Shown piece after piece: positions 1-9,908 of a DNA stretch of 64,000 nt (position 1 is the stretch's first letter; every line of letters begins with the position of its first letter). A program made the position numbers and the translations under genes. The notes below the pieces were generated by a model, which saw only the letters and a program-made list of their open reading frames with translations, did no database searches and was not told where the DNA came from. The stretch is from an uncultured Candidatus Saccharibacteria bacterium. Lineage in GTDB: Bacteria; Patescibacteriota; JABMPQ01; JAQVVF01. The stretch lies in NCBI GenBank assembly GCA_964574655.1, contig CAZNOH010000001.1, positions 73,852 to 137,851 on the forward strand, given 5' to 3'.

Positions 1-103
1 ATATTATTAAAAATCATTGCGCCTGACCCTATGCCAATAAAGTCGATTCCTTTGCGTAGATTTTTTGAATTCATTTTAGTAAAAATTTTAATTAGAATTT
101 AGA

Positions 104-1117
104 TTATAACCATTTTTTCTTTCTGAAATAAATCATCATTGTAACTGCTACTCCAAACATTATCAATAAAACTGCTGGATAGCCCCAACGGGATTGAAGT
201 TCCGGCATGAATTCGAAATTCATTCCATAAAGTCCGACAATAAAAGTTAAAGGAATGAAAATTGTGGCAATCATTGTCAGGACTTTCATGATTTCATTCA
301 TTTTGTTGCTGATTGTAGATAGATAAATTTCAATCATGCCAGCCAAAATATCGCGTAAAGTTTCAACATTTTCAATTACTAAAACTGTGTGATCATAGAT
401 ATCTCTCAAATAAATTTTTGTATTTTCATTAATCAAAGGCGATTCTTCTCGTTGCATTCTATTGATTACTTCACGCAAAGGCCAGATAGATCTTCTTAGA
501 TCAATTATTATTCTCTTGAGATTGTTAATATCTTGAAGCGTGCTGGAATCTGGATCGTGCAACAATTCTTCTTCAACGTCTTCGATTTTATCGCCTAATT
601 TTTCGATGACTGTAAAATAGTTGTCAACTATTGCATCAATCAGCGAGTAGCATAAATAATCAGTGCCTAATTTAGAAATTTTATTTTTGCCTGTTTTGAT
701 TTGACTGCGGACAGGATTAAAAACATCGCCTTTTATTCCTTCTTGAAATGAGACAACAAATCCTGAGCTTAGAATAAGACTGATTTGTTCTGAAGCTAAT
801 TGATTGATATTGTTGTTTTGGTAGTAAACCATTCTTAAAACAATATAAATATAGTCACCATAATCTTCAATTTTTGGACGCTGTCTGGTGTGGTAAATGT
901 CTTCAATTACAAGCGGATGCAAGCCATAACATTTGCCAAGCTGTTCTAAGGCTTGTCTTTGTTGCAGTCCATCAATGTTAATCCAAGTGACTGTTGGTTT
1001 ATTCTTGTATGCAAAACATTCAGTGATTGATTTGATTGTTTTTTCTTGATAACTGGTTTTGCTATAATCAATTAGATTTATTTTTGGACGACGTCCATGT
1101 TTTGGTTTTAGTTGCAT
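104..1117 (-). CDS. corA: CorA Mg2+/Co2+ transporter
   Basis: 337 aa; HPLVIEDI, QRPKIE and YGMNF signature after TM1; MPEL loop. Confidence 0.95.
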   Translation of the reverse strand: MQLKPKHGRRPKINLIDYSKTSYQEKTIKSITECFAYKNKPTVTWINIDGLQQRQALEQLGKCYGLHPLVIEDIYHTRQRPKIEDYGDYIYIVLRMVYYQNNNINQLASEQISLILSSGFVVSFQEGIKGDVFNPVRSQIKTGKNKISKLGTDYLCYSLIDAIVDNYFTVIEKLGDKIEDVEEELLHDPDSSTLQDINNLKRIIIDLRRSIWPLREVINRMQREESPLINENTKIYLRDIYDHTVLVIENVETLRDILAGMIEIYLSTISNKMNEIMKVLTMIATIFIPLTFIVGLYGMNFEFMPELQSRWGYPAVLLIMFGVAVTMMIYFRKKKWL

Positions 1118-1248
1118 AATTTATTTATATTTGTTTTAGTAATTAGAATTGTGAAGTGTGAATTCTAAATTTTAAATTTTATTTTTGAAAAATTGCAATA
1201 AGAAAGAAAATTATCCTACTTATATTATAATCTTTTGAAAGTAGATAA

Positions 1249-1560
1249 TCAAATCTGTTTTGTTTCTTCTAAAATAATTTTTTTCTTAAAGCTGCCTCGT
1301 TGCAATGCTTTTTTGATACGAATATTCTCTAGTTTTCTTTTTGTAATTTTTTTAGCCGTACTAATTGCATAAATCACTTCAAGAATATCAGCTAGCTCTT
1401 CAACATTATTATTTTTCTTGAATTCATCAACTTCTTCTTGCAATTTTTCAACTAATTTTTGATTATATTCTTTTTGTTTAGCAATGTGCGTAATTGGAAT
1501 TAAATTATCTTTTTTTATAATTTGTGGTATTTTGTCGCGAACTAACTTATTATATTTCAT
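1249..1560 (-). CDS. MazG-like/phosphoribosyl-ATP pyrophosphohydrolase-like NTP pyrophosphatase
   Basis: KLVRDKIP...KLQEEVDEF...EELADILEV motifs. Confidence 0.85.
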   Translation of the reverse strand: MKYNKLVRDKIPQIIKKDNLIPITHIAKQKEYNQKLVEKLQEEVDEFKKNNNVEELADILEVIYAISTAKKITKRKLENIRIKKALQRGSFKKKIILEETKQI

Positions 1561-1564
1561 AATA

Positions 1565-2050
1565 TTAGATTATTACAAAATCTTTTTGATCAATTATCTT
1601 TTCCATTTTTTTGAAAAGCTTTATAACTTCAGGAACGTTTTTTATCATTGGTTTGAAGGAGCTGATTTTATTAATTTCAACCCATTTATGATTTGAATAT
1701 TCGTTACTTAATTCTATTTTCCCATTTTTATAAATAGCATAATAATGAGGAAGAATCATGTGATTGCCATCTTTTTTTATATAAAAATAATTTGTTGTTA
1801 ACTTTTGATAAATCTTTATTTTGAAATCTTTGCCGACTTCTTCATTTTTTTCTCTTCTTAAGCCTTCTAATTCTTCTTTTTTTAAACCTTTAAAAAATTT
1901 TTGATCAGTTGTTTCCATTTTTCCGCCAATGAAAGAATAGAGGTCATTAAAATCAGCTTCTCCTTTTCTTTGGCATAATAAAACTCTTCTTCGATCTTTT
2001 GAAAAGACAATAATTTTTTGGCAAATTTGAAAGCTATATTTTTCGTTCAT
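1565..2050 (-). CDS. NUDIX hydrolase
   Basis: GGKME...GLRREKNEEVG Nudix box with a short insertion. Confidence 0.75.
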   Translation of the reverse strand: MNEKYSFQICQKIIVFSKDRRRVLLCQRKGEADFNDLYSFIGGKMETTDQKFFKGLKKEELEGLRREKNEEVGKDFKIKIYQKLTTNYFYIKKDGNHMILPHYYAIYKNGKIELSNEYSNHKWVEINKISSFKPMIKNVPEVIKLFKKMEKIIDQKDFVII

Positions 2051-2193
2051 AAAAGTAAATATTATATTAGTTTAACCCTAAAATAATAAACTTACAACCC
2101 TGTGGATTACTTTTCTTATGAAGTATGATAGAATATCATTGCTTATCTCAGAATTTCAAAAACAAAAACCAAACTTTCGAGAGGGGGGATGAA

Positions 2194-2451
2194 ATGCAGA
2201 TAATAAGAGTAATGCATTTGTTGTTCGCTCAAAGCTTGCCTGTTGCAGGTTCAAGGTTTTTGACGCATTGCGGTAGAGAATTGCCCTTTGAAGGATTTTT
2301 GCCAACTGGAATGGCAGACGGAAGAATATGCAAAGAATGTTCAGGAAAAATAAATGGATATTCTGTTTTGTCAGGTTGTTCTGGATTGAAATGTTTTGTA
2401 GTTGTTGAATATGGAGAAGGTAGCTATTCCGAATCGTCGTGGGGAAATTAG
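2194..2451 (+). CDS. small orphan protein (Cys-containing)
   Basis: GAGAGGGGGG SD before ATG 2194; followed by hairpin GACCC-TATTT-GGGTC plus T-run. Confidence 0.5.
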   Translation: MQIIRVMHLLFAQSLPVAGSRFLTHCGRELPFEGFLPTGMADGRICKECSGKINGYSVLSGCSGLKCFVVVEYGEGSYSESSWGN

Positions 2452-2605
2452 TTTTGTTCTTTTTCGACCCTATTTGGGTCTTTTTGATTTTGGAGCTTCA
2501 GAACGTTGGATCTTCGGACCTTCGGAACATTAGAGTAAAAGCTGGATATTGATTATCTTTTTTGTGGTATAATATTGTTAGATTAGAATAATTAAATAAA
2601 AAAAT

Positions 2606-3301
2606 ATGAGAGGGAAATTTTTTGGAGCAACAATGGGTTGTTTTTTTGTTGCTTTGGTAATGTTGCTGGCAATGCCAGTTTCGGCAGCTACATCCTTCGC
2701 AAATAAAAGAGTATTCTTTGTGCATCATTCTACTGGCCAAATCTATTGGGACAATGGCATGAAATCTGCATTAAAAAGCAACGGCTATTCTGGTAAGGCG
2801 CCATGGTGGGATGGCAATACAGATCCTGGTGATTTTTATTCACTTTTTACAGATCCTAGCTCTTGGGCGACATTTGGAAATGCTGATATAATTATTTTTA
2901 AATCTTGTTATCCTGCAAGCTCTATAACTTCCAAATCAATGTTGAGCCAGTACAAAACTTGGTATAAAGAATTATTTACGATTTATAAAAGCCATCCTGA
3001 TAAATTGTTTGTTCCAATGTCAACTCCGCCATTGCCAAAAGCAATGACAAATGCTAAAGAGGCGAGCAGGGCAATTGAATTTGACACTTGGTTGGCAGGC
3101 AAATATGTTACAAAATATCATGAAAATTCAGGCAGAAATAATTTATTACCATACAGATTACACAAAAAATTAATGAATAATAATGGATATTTGGCAGGAA
3201 AATATGTTGTTGATCCTAATGATGGCCATCCAAATGTGTTATCTGGAAAAAGAGTTGGAAACACTTTAGTAAATTTGCTTAATAATTATTTTGCTAATTA
3301 A
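2606..3301 (+). CDS. secreted protein, possibly SGNH-like hydrolase fold
   Basis: Signal peptide; FVHHSTG near the N-terminus and DGHPN near the C-terminus. Confidence 0.55.
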   Translation: MRGKFFGATMGCFFVALVMLLAMPVSAATSFANKRVFFVHHSTGQIYWDNGMKSALKSNGYSGKAPWWDGNTDPGDFYSLFTDPSSWATFGNADIIIFKSCYPASSITSKSMLSQYKTWYKELFTIYKSHPDKLFVPMSTPPLPKAMTNAKEASRAIEFDTWLAGKYVTKYHENSGRNNLLPYRLHKKLMNNNGYLAGKYVVDPNDGHPNVLSGKRVGNTLVNLLNNYFAN

Positions 3302-3428
3302 ATAATTATAGAAATTAGATTTTAAAACCAAAGAGCAGATCTTTGGTTTTTTTTGACATAATTTAAAATGTGGTGTACAGTATAATGTTTTGAGATAGCA
3401 CTTTTTCGGACAAAAAACGGAGGGGAAA

Positions 3429-3641
3429 ATGCCAAAAGCACCTGGTCCTGTTTCAAAGCGCGGAGATTTGGATTCTTCAGGAAAGAAAATTATTTTGAGA
3501 AGTGGCGATACTGGAAATATTTGTCCTGACGATATGGATTATTGTTGGGAATGCGGTTGTGTTGCCAAGAGAGAAGTCTTTCTGAAAAAAAATAGATGTC
3601 CAAATTTGAGATGTCCATCTCCTCATTTGTGGGATGATTGA
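3429..3641 (+). CDS. small putative Zn-binding orphan protein
   Basis: TTGACA and TATAAT upstream, GGAGGGG SD, CxxC and CPxxxC motifs, terminator hairpin at about 3656-3682. Confidence 0.55.
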   Translation: MPKAPGPVSKRGDLDSSGKKIILRSGDTGNICPDDMDYCWECGCVAKREVFLKKNRCPNLRCPSPHLWDD

Positions 3642-3681
3642 AATGATCTTTTGTAGCCGTTCAGTTTGTTGAGCGGTTTTT

Positions 3682-4371
3682 TTATTGTTCTAGATATTTG
3701 TTGTCTAGATAAACAGCAATTAGAGCTAAAATGGCGCAAATTAAGGCGAATTGGCAATAAATTGAAGGGAACATTACGCTCAAAGAAGGTAAAATAGTAA
3801 TTAGCAATAAAGCTGGTAATAAGCTTAAAAGATCAGCCATTAAAATAATTATATATATTTTTTTTCTAATTTTGTTTTTTTCTGATTTAATATCAAATAA
3901 CAGAATAATGCAAATGGAAATGATGTAGGTAAGGTAGTAAAAACAGTAAAGAACAGTTGGAATAAAATGGGTATCTAGTTGTGTAAAATGATTGTTCAGA
4001 ATAACAAAGATTGTTGAGCATTTTCCCAAGATAATAAAATCTTTGGTAAAAATTGCTATAAATGAAAAAATTATTGCTGGCAGATAAACTAGATAAACAA
4101 GTTTGTTTATTTTTTTATTAGCATATTTTAGGATAAAGTGAATGCCTAATGGCGGTAAAAATGTGTAGATAGTAAAAGCTATTGTGCCCCAAAGATTTGG
4201 ATTTGTAGTTTCGCAAAGCATGAATTGAGTGAATTGATAAAGTCCAAGCAAGATTATAAAGATAGCTAACAATTTGGCAATAGCTGGTTTTTTTGATTTT
4301 AGAAATATAAAAATACCGGCACCGAATTCAATCAGGGCAGTTGCTAAAGATATTTTTGGACTAAAACACAT
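3682..4371 (-). CDS. multi-pass membrane protein
   Basis: About 7 hydrophobic segments; MCFS start. Confidence 0.75.
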   Translation of the reverse strand: MCFSPKISLATALIEFGAGIFIFLKSKKPAIAKLLAIFIILLGLYQFTQFMLCETTNPNLWGTIAFTIYTFLPPLGIHFILKYANKKINKLVYLVYLPAIIFSFIAIFTKDFIILGKCSTIFVILNNHFTQLDTHFIPTVLYCFYYLTYIISICIILLFDIKSEKNKIRKKIYIIILMADLLSLLPALLLITILPSLSVMFPSIYCQFALICAILALIAVYLDNKYLEQ

Positions 4372-4489
4372 AATTTATAATTTAAAAGGTATTGACTTTA
4401 TTGTATTTTTATATATAATTTTTGGTATTGCACCTTATCAAAACAATCTGACTTTGCTTACGTTCTGGCGGACAAAGGAGGGGAAAACA

Positions 4490-4915
4490 ATGAGCGGACA
4501 ATGGGTAAGATGGGATCAGGATCCAAGCAAGATTAGTATGTTGGCGAGTGATCCGAATTTTACTTTAGATCTGACCAAGTTGGAAATGGGTGACAAGCTA
4601 TTGGTGACATATGGGAGTAAGGCAGAAGGATTGGCAAACTTTATTATTGTCTCTCCGGCGACTGGATATACAAATAAGGATATGGCTAAGGCTTTGACTG
4701 TACTGCCGGAAAATAGGACTCGAAGAACGGATGTATTGATAGGCGGTTCGTGTACTTATAATCCTGAATCGTTCTTGGGCATTACTTCTATTACTTTAGG
4801 AAATTTGACTATCGGTCGAGATCTGATTTTTTGGATCGGTGATACTGAAAATGCAGTAATTAGATTTATGGTTTCTAAGATTCAAGTAATTCGCCGGGCA
4901 AAAGCTGAAGCCTAA
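4490..4915 (+). CDS. orphan hypothetical protein
   Basis: TTGACT/TATAAT upstream; GGAGGGG SD before ATG 4490 (the longer ORF overlaps the opposite gene); hairpin ATCGTAAC..GTTACGAT plus T-run after the stop. Confidence 0.6.
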   Translation: MSGQWVRWDQDPSKISMLASDPNFTLDLTKLEMGDKLLVTYGSKAEGLANFIIVSPATGYTNKDMAKALTVLPENRTRRTDVLIGGSCTYNPESFLGITSITLGNLTIGRDLIFWIGDTENAVIRFMVSKIQVIRRAKAEA

Positions 4916-5035
4916 TAGTTCTTTATGTTGATATCGTAACATTGGTTACGATTTTTTATTGACATTGGGCGTCTTTTTTGATTAGCCCAGTATTTTTTCA
5001 ATCTGAAATTTTGCCATCAATTCTGAAATTTGCAA

Positions 5036-5362
5036 TTATTTTTTTAGCAAGTCTAGAAAAACCAGAAATGATCCGATGATAAATATTATAATTAATATTT
5101 TACGATGATGCTTAATGAACCAATCAGGAAAATTATTTTCAAAATAATCTTTTTTGCTTTTTGAATATTTTTTGGCAATTTTAGTTAGCGGACAATTCCA
5201 ATGATTAGCAATTAAAATAATTCCTTCGCTGATAACAATAAAAAACGGAATTATCAGCCAATAATTAATTTTGTTAGCAATTCTTGCATAAAGAATATAA
5301 AAAATAGAGCAGGCAACAAGAAGCCAGACAAAACTATGAAAAATTTTTAGAAAAATTATCAA
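5036..5362 (-). CDS. small membrane protein (DUF2784-like)
   Basis: 3 TM segments; H near the N-terminus and WNCPLT motif. Confidence 0.6.
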   Translation of the reverse strand: MIIFLKIFHSFVWLLVACSIFYILYARIANKINYWLIIPFFIVISEGIILIANHWNCPLTKIAKKYSKSKKDYFENNFPDWFIKHHRKILIIIFIIGSFLVFLDLLKK

Positions 5363-5381
5363 TTTGTTTTATTAAAAAATC

Positions 5382-5780
5382 TTATTCTGTTGTTTTGTTG
5401 TCAAATTCTGGTGAATCTTTTATTGCGTCTTCTTTTGTTGCTCTAACAACGCCATCTTGATGATGAGCAGGCGAATAAATTGTGTAAAGTTTTAGATCTT
5501 CTGTGTCTGAAGTATTGATGATATTGTGTTGTGCGCCGGAAGGGACAATGATAACTGATCCGTCTTTTAATTCATATTCATTGCCATCAATAATACATTT
5601 GCCTTGGCCTTTTTCAAAACGGAAAAATTGGTCATTTTCATTATGAACTTCCATGCCGATTTCTTCTTTTGGTTTTAAACTCATTAAAACTAATTGGCTA
5701 TGTTTGCTGGTGTAAAGCACTTTGCGAAAGTTGGTGTTTTGTAAAGTTTCTTGCTCAATGTTGGCGTTGAATCCTTTCAT
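5382..5780 (-). CDS. cupin domain protein
   Basis: IGMEVH..DQFF..G.G and VPSGAQHNIIN cupin motifs. Confidence 0.9.
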   Translation of the reverse strand: MKGFNANIEQETLQNTNFRKVLYTSKHSQLVLMSLKPKEEIGMEVHNENDQFFRFEKGQGKCIIDGNEYELKDGSVIIVPSGAQHNIINTSDTEDLKLYTIYSPAHHQDGVVRATKEDAIKDSPEFDNKTTE

Positions 5781-5834
5781 ATTCTTTTTGTTAAATTGTT
5801 ATTAATCATATGATAAATTTTGTGAAATCGCTAA

Positions 5835-6086
5835 TTAAGTTCTGCTGCGTTTGATGCCAATTATCATTCCTAAAATTATGCCGATAATTATAAATAAAAT
5901 TACAGCGTAAAGATAGTTGAGATTATTTTGTGTGTCAGGAAAAAAGATCAAGGCAATCAGCCAAGATAGAAAATAGCCTAAAAGTCCGCCTAGAATTGTG
6001 TAGAGAGGAATGACAAAAATTGTTTGAATCCTCCTTTGTCTTGAGATTTCGGAGGACGAGGGATTTTTTTTGTTTTTTGATTTCAT
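5835..6086 (-). CDS. small 2-TM membrane protein
   Basis: Two hydrophobic helices; abuts its neighbours in a same-strand gene string. Confidence 0.6.
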   Translation of the reverse strand: MKSKNKKNPSSSEISRQRRIQTIFVIPLYTILGGLLGYFLSWLIALIFFPDTQNNLNYLYAVILFIIIGIILGMIIGIKRSRT

Positions 6087-6476
6087 TTATTTTTCGACAA
6101 CTATTGTTTTACCACCAGCTTTCTTGATTATGCCAATTGCTAGATACTCAACATCTTTGGAACCAATATTTCTCATTCTATGCTTGGCTTGGGATGGGAT
6201 GTAAACAGTATCGGTAGCTTTTAATGTTGTTCTTTCTTCATCGATTTCAATTTCTGCTTTTCCAGATATGATAATAAAGATTTCGTTCATATTCTCATGA
6301 TAATGTTGAGCAAAGCTTTTATTTGGTTTCATTTTTGCCCAATTGATCATTTGAATAGTCCCTTTAATTTTAAGGTCGTCAATTGTGAAAATGATTTTTT
6401 TTAATACGCCAGGATTTTGAGTGTTTTCGTGGCTAGCAGGAATAAATTTTTTATTTTCTAGACTAAATTTTTTCAT
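6087..6476 (-). CDS. cupin domain protein
   Basis: HYHENMNEIFIIISG and IPSQAKHRMRN. Confidence 0.9.
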   Translation of the reverse strand: MKKFSLENKKFIPASHENTQNPGVLKKIIFTIDDLKIKGTIQMINWAKMKPNKSFAQHYHENMNEIFIIISGKAEIEIDEERTTLKATDTVYIPSQAKHRMRNIGSKDVEYLAIGIIKKAGGKTIVVEK

Positions 6477-6820
6477 TTTTGCTTGGTTAATTTTCTTATT
6501 TTTTTGATAACTGCATCTTGATAAAGACGAAAAGTTTTTTTATTTTCTTTAACGTAAATATAAGGCGTGCCAAGAATTTCGTTGCATTTTTTGCATTTTA
6601 AAACAGGAATTTTTTTTAGATCTAATGTTTGTAAATTTGTCAGCTCCTGTGGCGCAAAAATTCGATCTAAATACATTCTACGTAAATTACCTGGTCCATC
6701 TTTTTGATAAATAGCAACTATATTTTCACATTTTCGGCATAAAATATTTAACAGTCTTGAATGACCACCACGTGCTGATTTGTATTTATCTTTTTTGAAT
6801 GAGAAACTTGATTTTTTCAT
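6473..6820 (-). CDS. hypothetical Zn-ribbon protein
   Basis: Two CxxC pairs; YQKDGPGNLRRMYLDRI. Confidence 0.7.
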   Translation of the reverse strand: MKKSSFSFKKDKYKSARGGHSRLLNILCRKCENIVAIYQKDGPGNLRRMYLDRIFAPQELTNLQTLDLKKIPVLKCKKCNEILGTPYIYVKENKKTFRLYQDAVIKKIRKLTKQK

Positions 6821-7123
6821 CTAATTATTGGTCAATGTAAGAATAAAGCTAGTATTTTTATTGGCTTTTAGAGAATGAATTACATTTTTTTCCAAATAAA
6901 TAAATACTCCTGGTAACATTTTTATTTCTTTTTCTTCAAGATTGAAAATACCATCTCCTTCAATAACATAAACAAATCCTTGTTTTGTTGATGTATGATT
7001 TGATATCTCTGTATCTTTTGCCATGCAAAATAAGGTAATATTTAATTTACTATTTTTTACAATATCCTTGCTTAAGATTCCTTTTTTTGGATATTCAATT
7101 AGATCAGTCAACTTTTCATTCAT
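6821..7123 (-). CDS. cupin domain protein
   Basis: ISNHTS...VIEGDG...HSLKA. Confidence 0.85.
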   Translation of the reverse strand: MNEKLTDLIEYPKKGILSKDIVKNSKLNITLFCMAKDTEISNHTSTKQGFVYVIEGDGIFNLEEKEIKMLPGVFIYLEKNVIHSLKANKNTSFILTLTNN

Positions 7124-7581
7124 AATTTTTCAAATTTAATTTTGTCATTAATATTAATCATATTATTATTGCAGAATCCAGCATTAACTTCAACAACAAA
7201 TTGAGCAGGTATTTTTGATGGAATTGATATTTCGCTGAGCGGAACAGTATTGTTGTGAATAGCGATTATTTCTTCAAGCTTGTTGACATAGATAATATCA
7301 AGAGGAATTAAAGTATTTTTCATCCAGAAAGATAATTGTTTTTCTGCATCAAAAATAAATAGCATGCCGGAATTTTCTGGCAATGATTTCCGCCACATTA
7401 ATCCTTGAGTTCTGTTTTGATCATTATTAGCAATTTCGATATTGATTGTTGTAATCAGGCTATTATCTCTTCTTAAAAATTGCAGCTCGCCATCTTTGAT
7501 AAAGGCTGGAGTGATTCTATTTGTAACTTCATTATTTGTCTTGAAATAAAAAATTATAAAAATACTTGCTATGAAAAACAA
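7120..7581 (-). CDS. DUF192 family protein
   Basis: GLMWR...GMLFIF...FWMKNTLIPLDII...VVEVNAG. Confidence 0.9.
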   Translation of the reverse strand: MFFIASIFIIFYFKTNNEVTNRITPAFIKDGELQFLRRDNSLITTINIEIANNDQNRTQGLMWRKSLPENSGMLFIFDAEKQLSFWMKNTLIPLDIIYVNKLEEIIAIHNNTVPLSEISIPSKIPAQFVVEVNAGFCNNNMININDKIKFEKL

Positions 7582-7639
7582 TGCTATTAAAGAAATAACT
7601 AGTTTTTTATATTTGTAGAGAATATGATTTTAAAATTTA

Positions 7640-7900
7640 TTATATTAAGGCTGTGATGGCTGTAGCAATTCCTAAAATAATACCTGGAACATTGGCAATT
7701 ATAATAGGCCAGTCTTTTTTTGTTTTGAATGTACCATATGATGTCCAGGCAATACAGTTTATTGTTGTTATGATTGGCAGAACTATTGATCCTGTTTGAC
7801 CAGAGATATTTAATCTAATTTGATCTATATACGAAAAATACATGGTAACAGCCATTAAAGAAGCAAACCATCCAATTTTATTTACAATATTTTCGTTCAT
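7640..7900 (-). CDS. SemiSWEET-like (PQ-loop/MtN3) transporter; begins a terminal cassette whose own att hairpin is not visible
   Basis: 86 aa, 3 TM, YIDQI and DWPIIIANVPG motifs. Confidence 0.8.
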   Translation of the reverse strand: MNENIVNKIGWFASLMAVTMYFSYIDQIRLNISGQTGSIVLPIITTINCIAWTSYGTFKTKKDWPIIIANVPGIILGIATAITALI

Positions 7901-7940
7901 AATTATAAAAAATATTAATTAAGTTTTGTTTTGGAATTTC

Positions 7941-8042
7941 GCATAACGGAAGCATATATCTGATGTCCGTCGAAGCGTTAGCGTAGGCGGATATGGGTGA
8001 AGTTCACCTCGTGCGGGCATAACCAGAGATACGTTGTTGTGC
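7941..8042. repeat. attC-like site A (102 bp)
   Basis: GCATAAC-GGAA-gcatatatctg ... cagagatacgt-T-GTTGTGC, with two internal hairpins. Confidence 0.8.
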
Positions 8043-8046
8043 GATG

Positions 8047-8424
8047 TTAAATAATTTTTTTCAAATTTCCCAAAATACTTTCCGTAAATGGTTTACTTAA
8101 TTCACCGTTAGTCATCCATTCAAAATATTCCATTTCAGTTTTATTATCGTCTAATTTGCGATAAGTATATTTTACAAAATAATTTTCATCTAAATCCGAC
8201 AAAATAAATACCTCATTTTTTTTAATGTCTACGACTTTATATTCATCCCAATTATCACTTTCTCCGCGATTTTTATATCTCGTATTTATTTTTGGAGGAT
8301 ATTCATCAGCAACCTCTACTGAAATGGAAGGAATCCATAAGTGAGTATTTTGGGGATTTGTTGTAAACTCAAATACTTTATCAATCGGTTTATCTATGAC
8401 AACTGTAATTTTGTTTTCTCTCAT
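8047..8424 (-). CDS. SRPBCC/START-like protein (cassette 1)
   Basis: ITVVIDKPIDKVFEFTTNPQNTHLWIP N-terminal pattern. Confidence 0.8.
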   Translation of the reverse strand: MRENKITVVIDKPIDKVFEFTTNPQNTHLWIPSISVEVADEYPPKINTRYKNRGESDNWDEYKVVDIKKNEVFILSDLDENYFVKYTYRKLDDNKTEMEYFEWMTNGELSKPFTESILGNLKKII

Positions 8425-8447
8425 ATTTGAAAAAATTATTTAATTTC

Positions 8448-8515
8448 GTACAACGGTCGCGAATAAAACGCAGTTGCTTTACGCAGTAAACAATTGCGGT
8501 TATTCGCTGTTGTGC
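8448..8515. repeat. attC-like site B (68 bp)
   Basis: GTACAAC-GGTC-gcgaataa..cgcagttg / caattgcg.ttattcgc-T-GTTGTGC; tip TTTAC-GCA-GTAAA. Confidence 0.85.
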
Positions 8516-8539
8516 GATCGTACAAAACTTTGCATCAAT

Positions 8540-9070
8540 TTATTCAATTTCAAATTTGGTTATATTTATAATTTTTTCAACTATCTGATCTTCGGAATAT
8601 GATTCCGGTAGTATAGTTTCTAATTCATGACCTGATTTATGTGCTGCAGGAAACCACTGCCTTATTTCGTCCTGACCATACTCAAAATTTGCTTCTTTTT
8701 TTTGATGCCTCTTTACTGTTTCTTCAAAACTCACATCAAAATAAAAAATATAACTTTTACCACTATGTACTGTGATCAATCTTTCGATAATTGATTGATA
8801 GGACTTTACTGAAAGAATGCCCTCTAAAATAACATTATACCCAGCTTGTAGGGCAATAGCTGTATTATGTTCAATCATTTTATGGATAACATTAGCGTTT
8901 GATTTACTTCCACCTCCAGCGGGTTTAAAAATGAATCGATAATAATCTTGGTGAATGAGTGCGGTTTTGCTTTTTGCTTTTTTAAATAAATTTTTAGCAA
9001 CAGTTGTTTTTCCTGCAGCAGATGGACCACGTAAAATTATAAATATATTTTTAGATAACTTATTATTCAT
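8540..9070 (-). CDS. P-loop nucleotide kinase (AAA_33-like) (cassette 2)
   Basis: RGPSAAGKTT Walker A and VILEG; ATG at 9070 chosen because the longer ORF runs into att site C. Confidence 0.85.
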   Translation of the reverse strand: MNNKLSKNIFIILRGPSAAGKTTVAKNLFKKAKSKTALIHQDYYRFIFKPAGGGSKSNANVIHKMIEHNTAIALQAGYNVILEGILSVKSYQSIIERLITVHSGKSYIFYFDVSFEETVKRHQKKEANFEYGQDEIRQWFPAAHKSGHELETILPESYSEDQIVEKIINITKFEIE

Positions 9071-9094
9071 ATTTTTAGCAAAGTTTTGTATGTT

Positions 9095-9191
9095 GCACAA
9101 CGTATCCGAATATCGGAAGTTGTCGAAGCGTAGCGAAGGCAATTTGCGAAAATTGCGAGCTGAGCAATTTTCCCGATATTCGGTGTTAGGC
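9095..9191. repeat. attC-like site C (97 bp)
   Basis: GCACAAC-GTAT-ccgaatatcgg ... ccgatattcgg-T-GTTAGGC, two internal arms. Confidence 0.9.
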
Positions 9192-9286
9192 GAGGGTTCT
9201 TTTGCTCTACCTTAATGTAATTATATCAGATAAAAGGGCAAAAGAAAGCGCAGCGACCCCTTGAGTTTCGCTTTTAAGCAATAATT

Positions 9287-9874
9287 TTATTTCGTTTTTC
9301 CTGCTAATTTCATTTTCTCGTTATAATGTGCTTCAACTTCTTTTTTTATTTCAGGCCACCTCATAATCCAATTAAGCCCATCACCAGCTGATTTTATTTC
9401 CTGGCTTTCTAAAATTTCTATACGCATGCAAAATCCAGCCTTATTTTTTTCAAGATACAAAAATTGTTTTTGCTCATCTGGCAGATTAAGCAAAAATTCA
9501 TCAGAAAAGTTTGGCCATGAATATTGCCCATCGCGAATCGGACGCAACTCTGTTCCGTTTGGCGCCTGGATATATGGCCTGCTGTGTATATTAAACCTGT
9601 ATATGCCGGATTGCCAATCTGACGTGTCAACTTCAAACCATCCTGGAAAATTTTTGCTTTCTGTCAGATTAACAGCTTCAATTCCAGAAATACGATGGCC
9701 TGGTTTATTTTTTTCAGATTCTTCTTTTACTCGCTCCTGTAATACACGCTGGTCATTGTTATCTATCGGGCCATCGGGGTTTGGTCCGATCCAAAGCTGG
9801 GCCTCGCCTAAACCCAATAATTCCTTATTGAGCAAAAACAAATTTTTGTCTTGGATTTTGATGAAGTTTTCCAT
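9287..9874 (-). CDS. hypothetical protein (cassette 3)
   Basis: 195-aa ORF filling the space between sites C and D. Confidence 0.75.
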   Translation of the reverse strand: MENFIKIQDKNLFLLNKELLGLGEAQLWIGPNPDGPIDNNDQRVLQERVKEESEKNKPGHRISGIEAVNLTESKNFPGWFEVDTSDWQSGIYRFNIHSRPYIQAPNGTELRPIRDGQYSWPNFSDEFLLNLPDEQKQFLYLEKNKAGFCMRIEILESQEIKSAGDGLNWIMRWPEIKKEVEAHYNEKMKLAGKTK

Positions 9875-9908
9875 AGATTTAAAAATTATTGCTTAAAAGC
9901 GAAATTTC

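Noticed and set aside
1-7940. Further att sites left of site A
   Set aside because: No AAC-N4-stem...T-GTT structure and no partner for the GTTATGCGA end found by eye
8955-9215. ORF 8955-9215 and the 9071-9142 extension of the kinase
   Set aside because: They run through att site C; a better ATG lies at 9070
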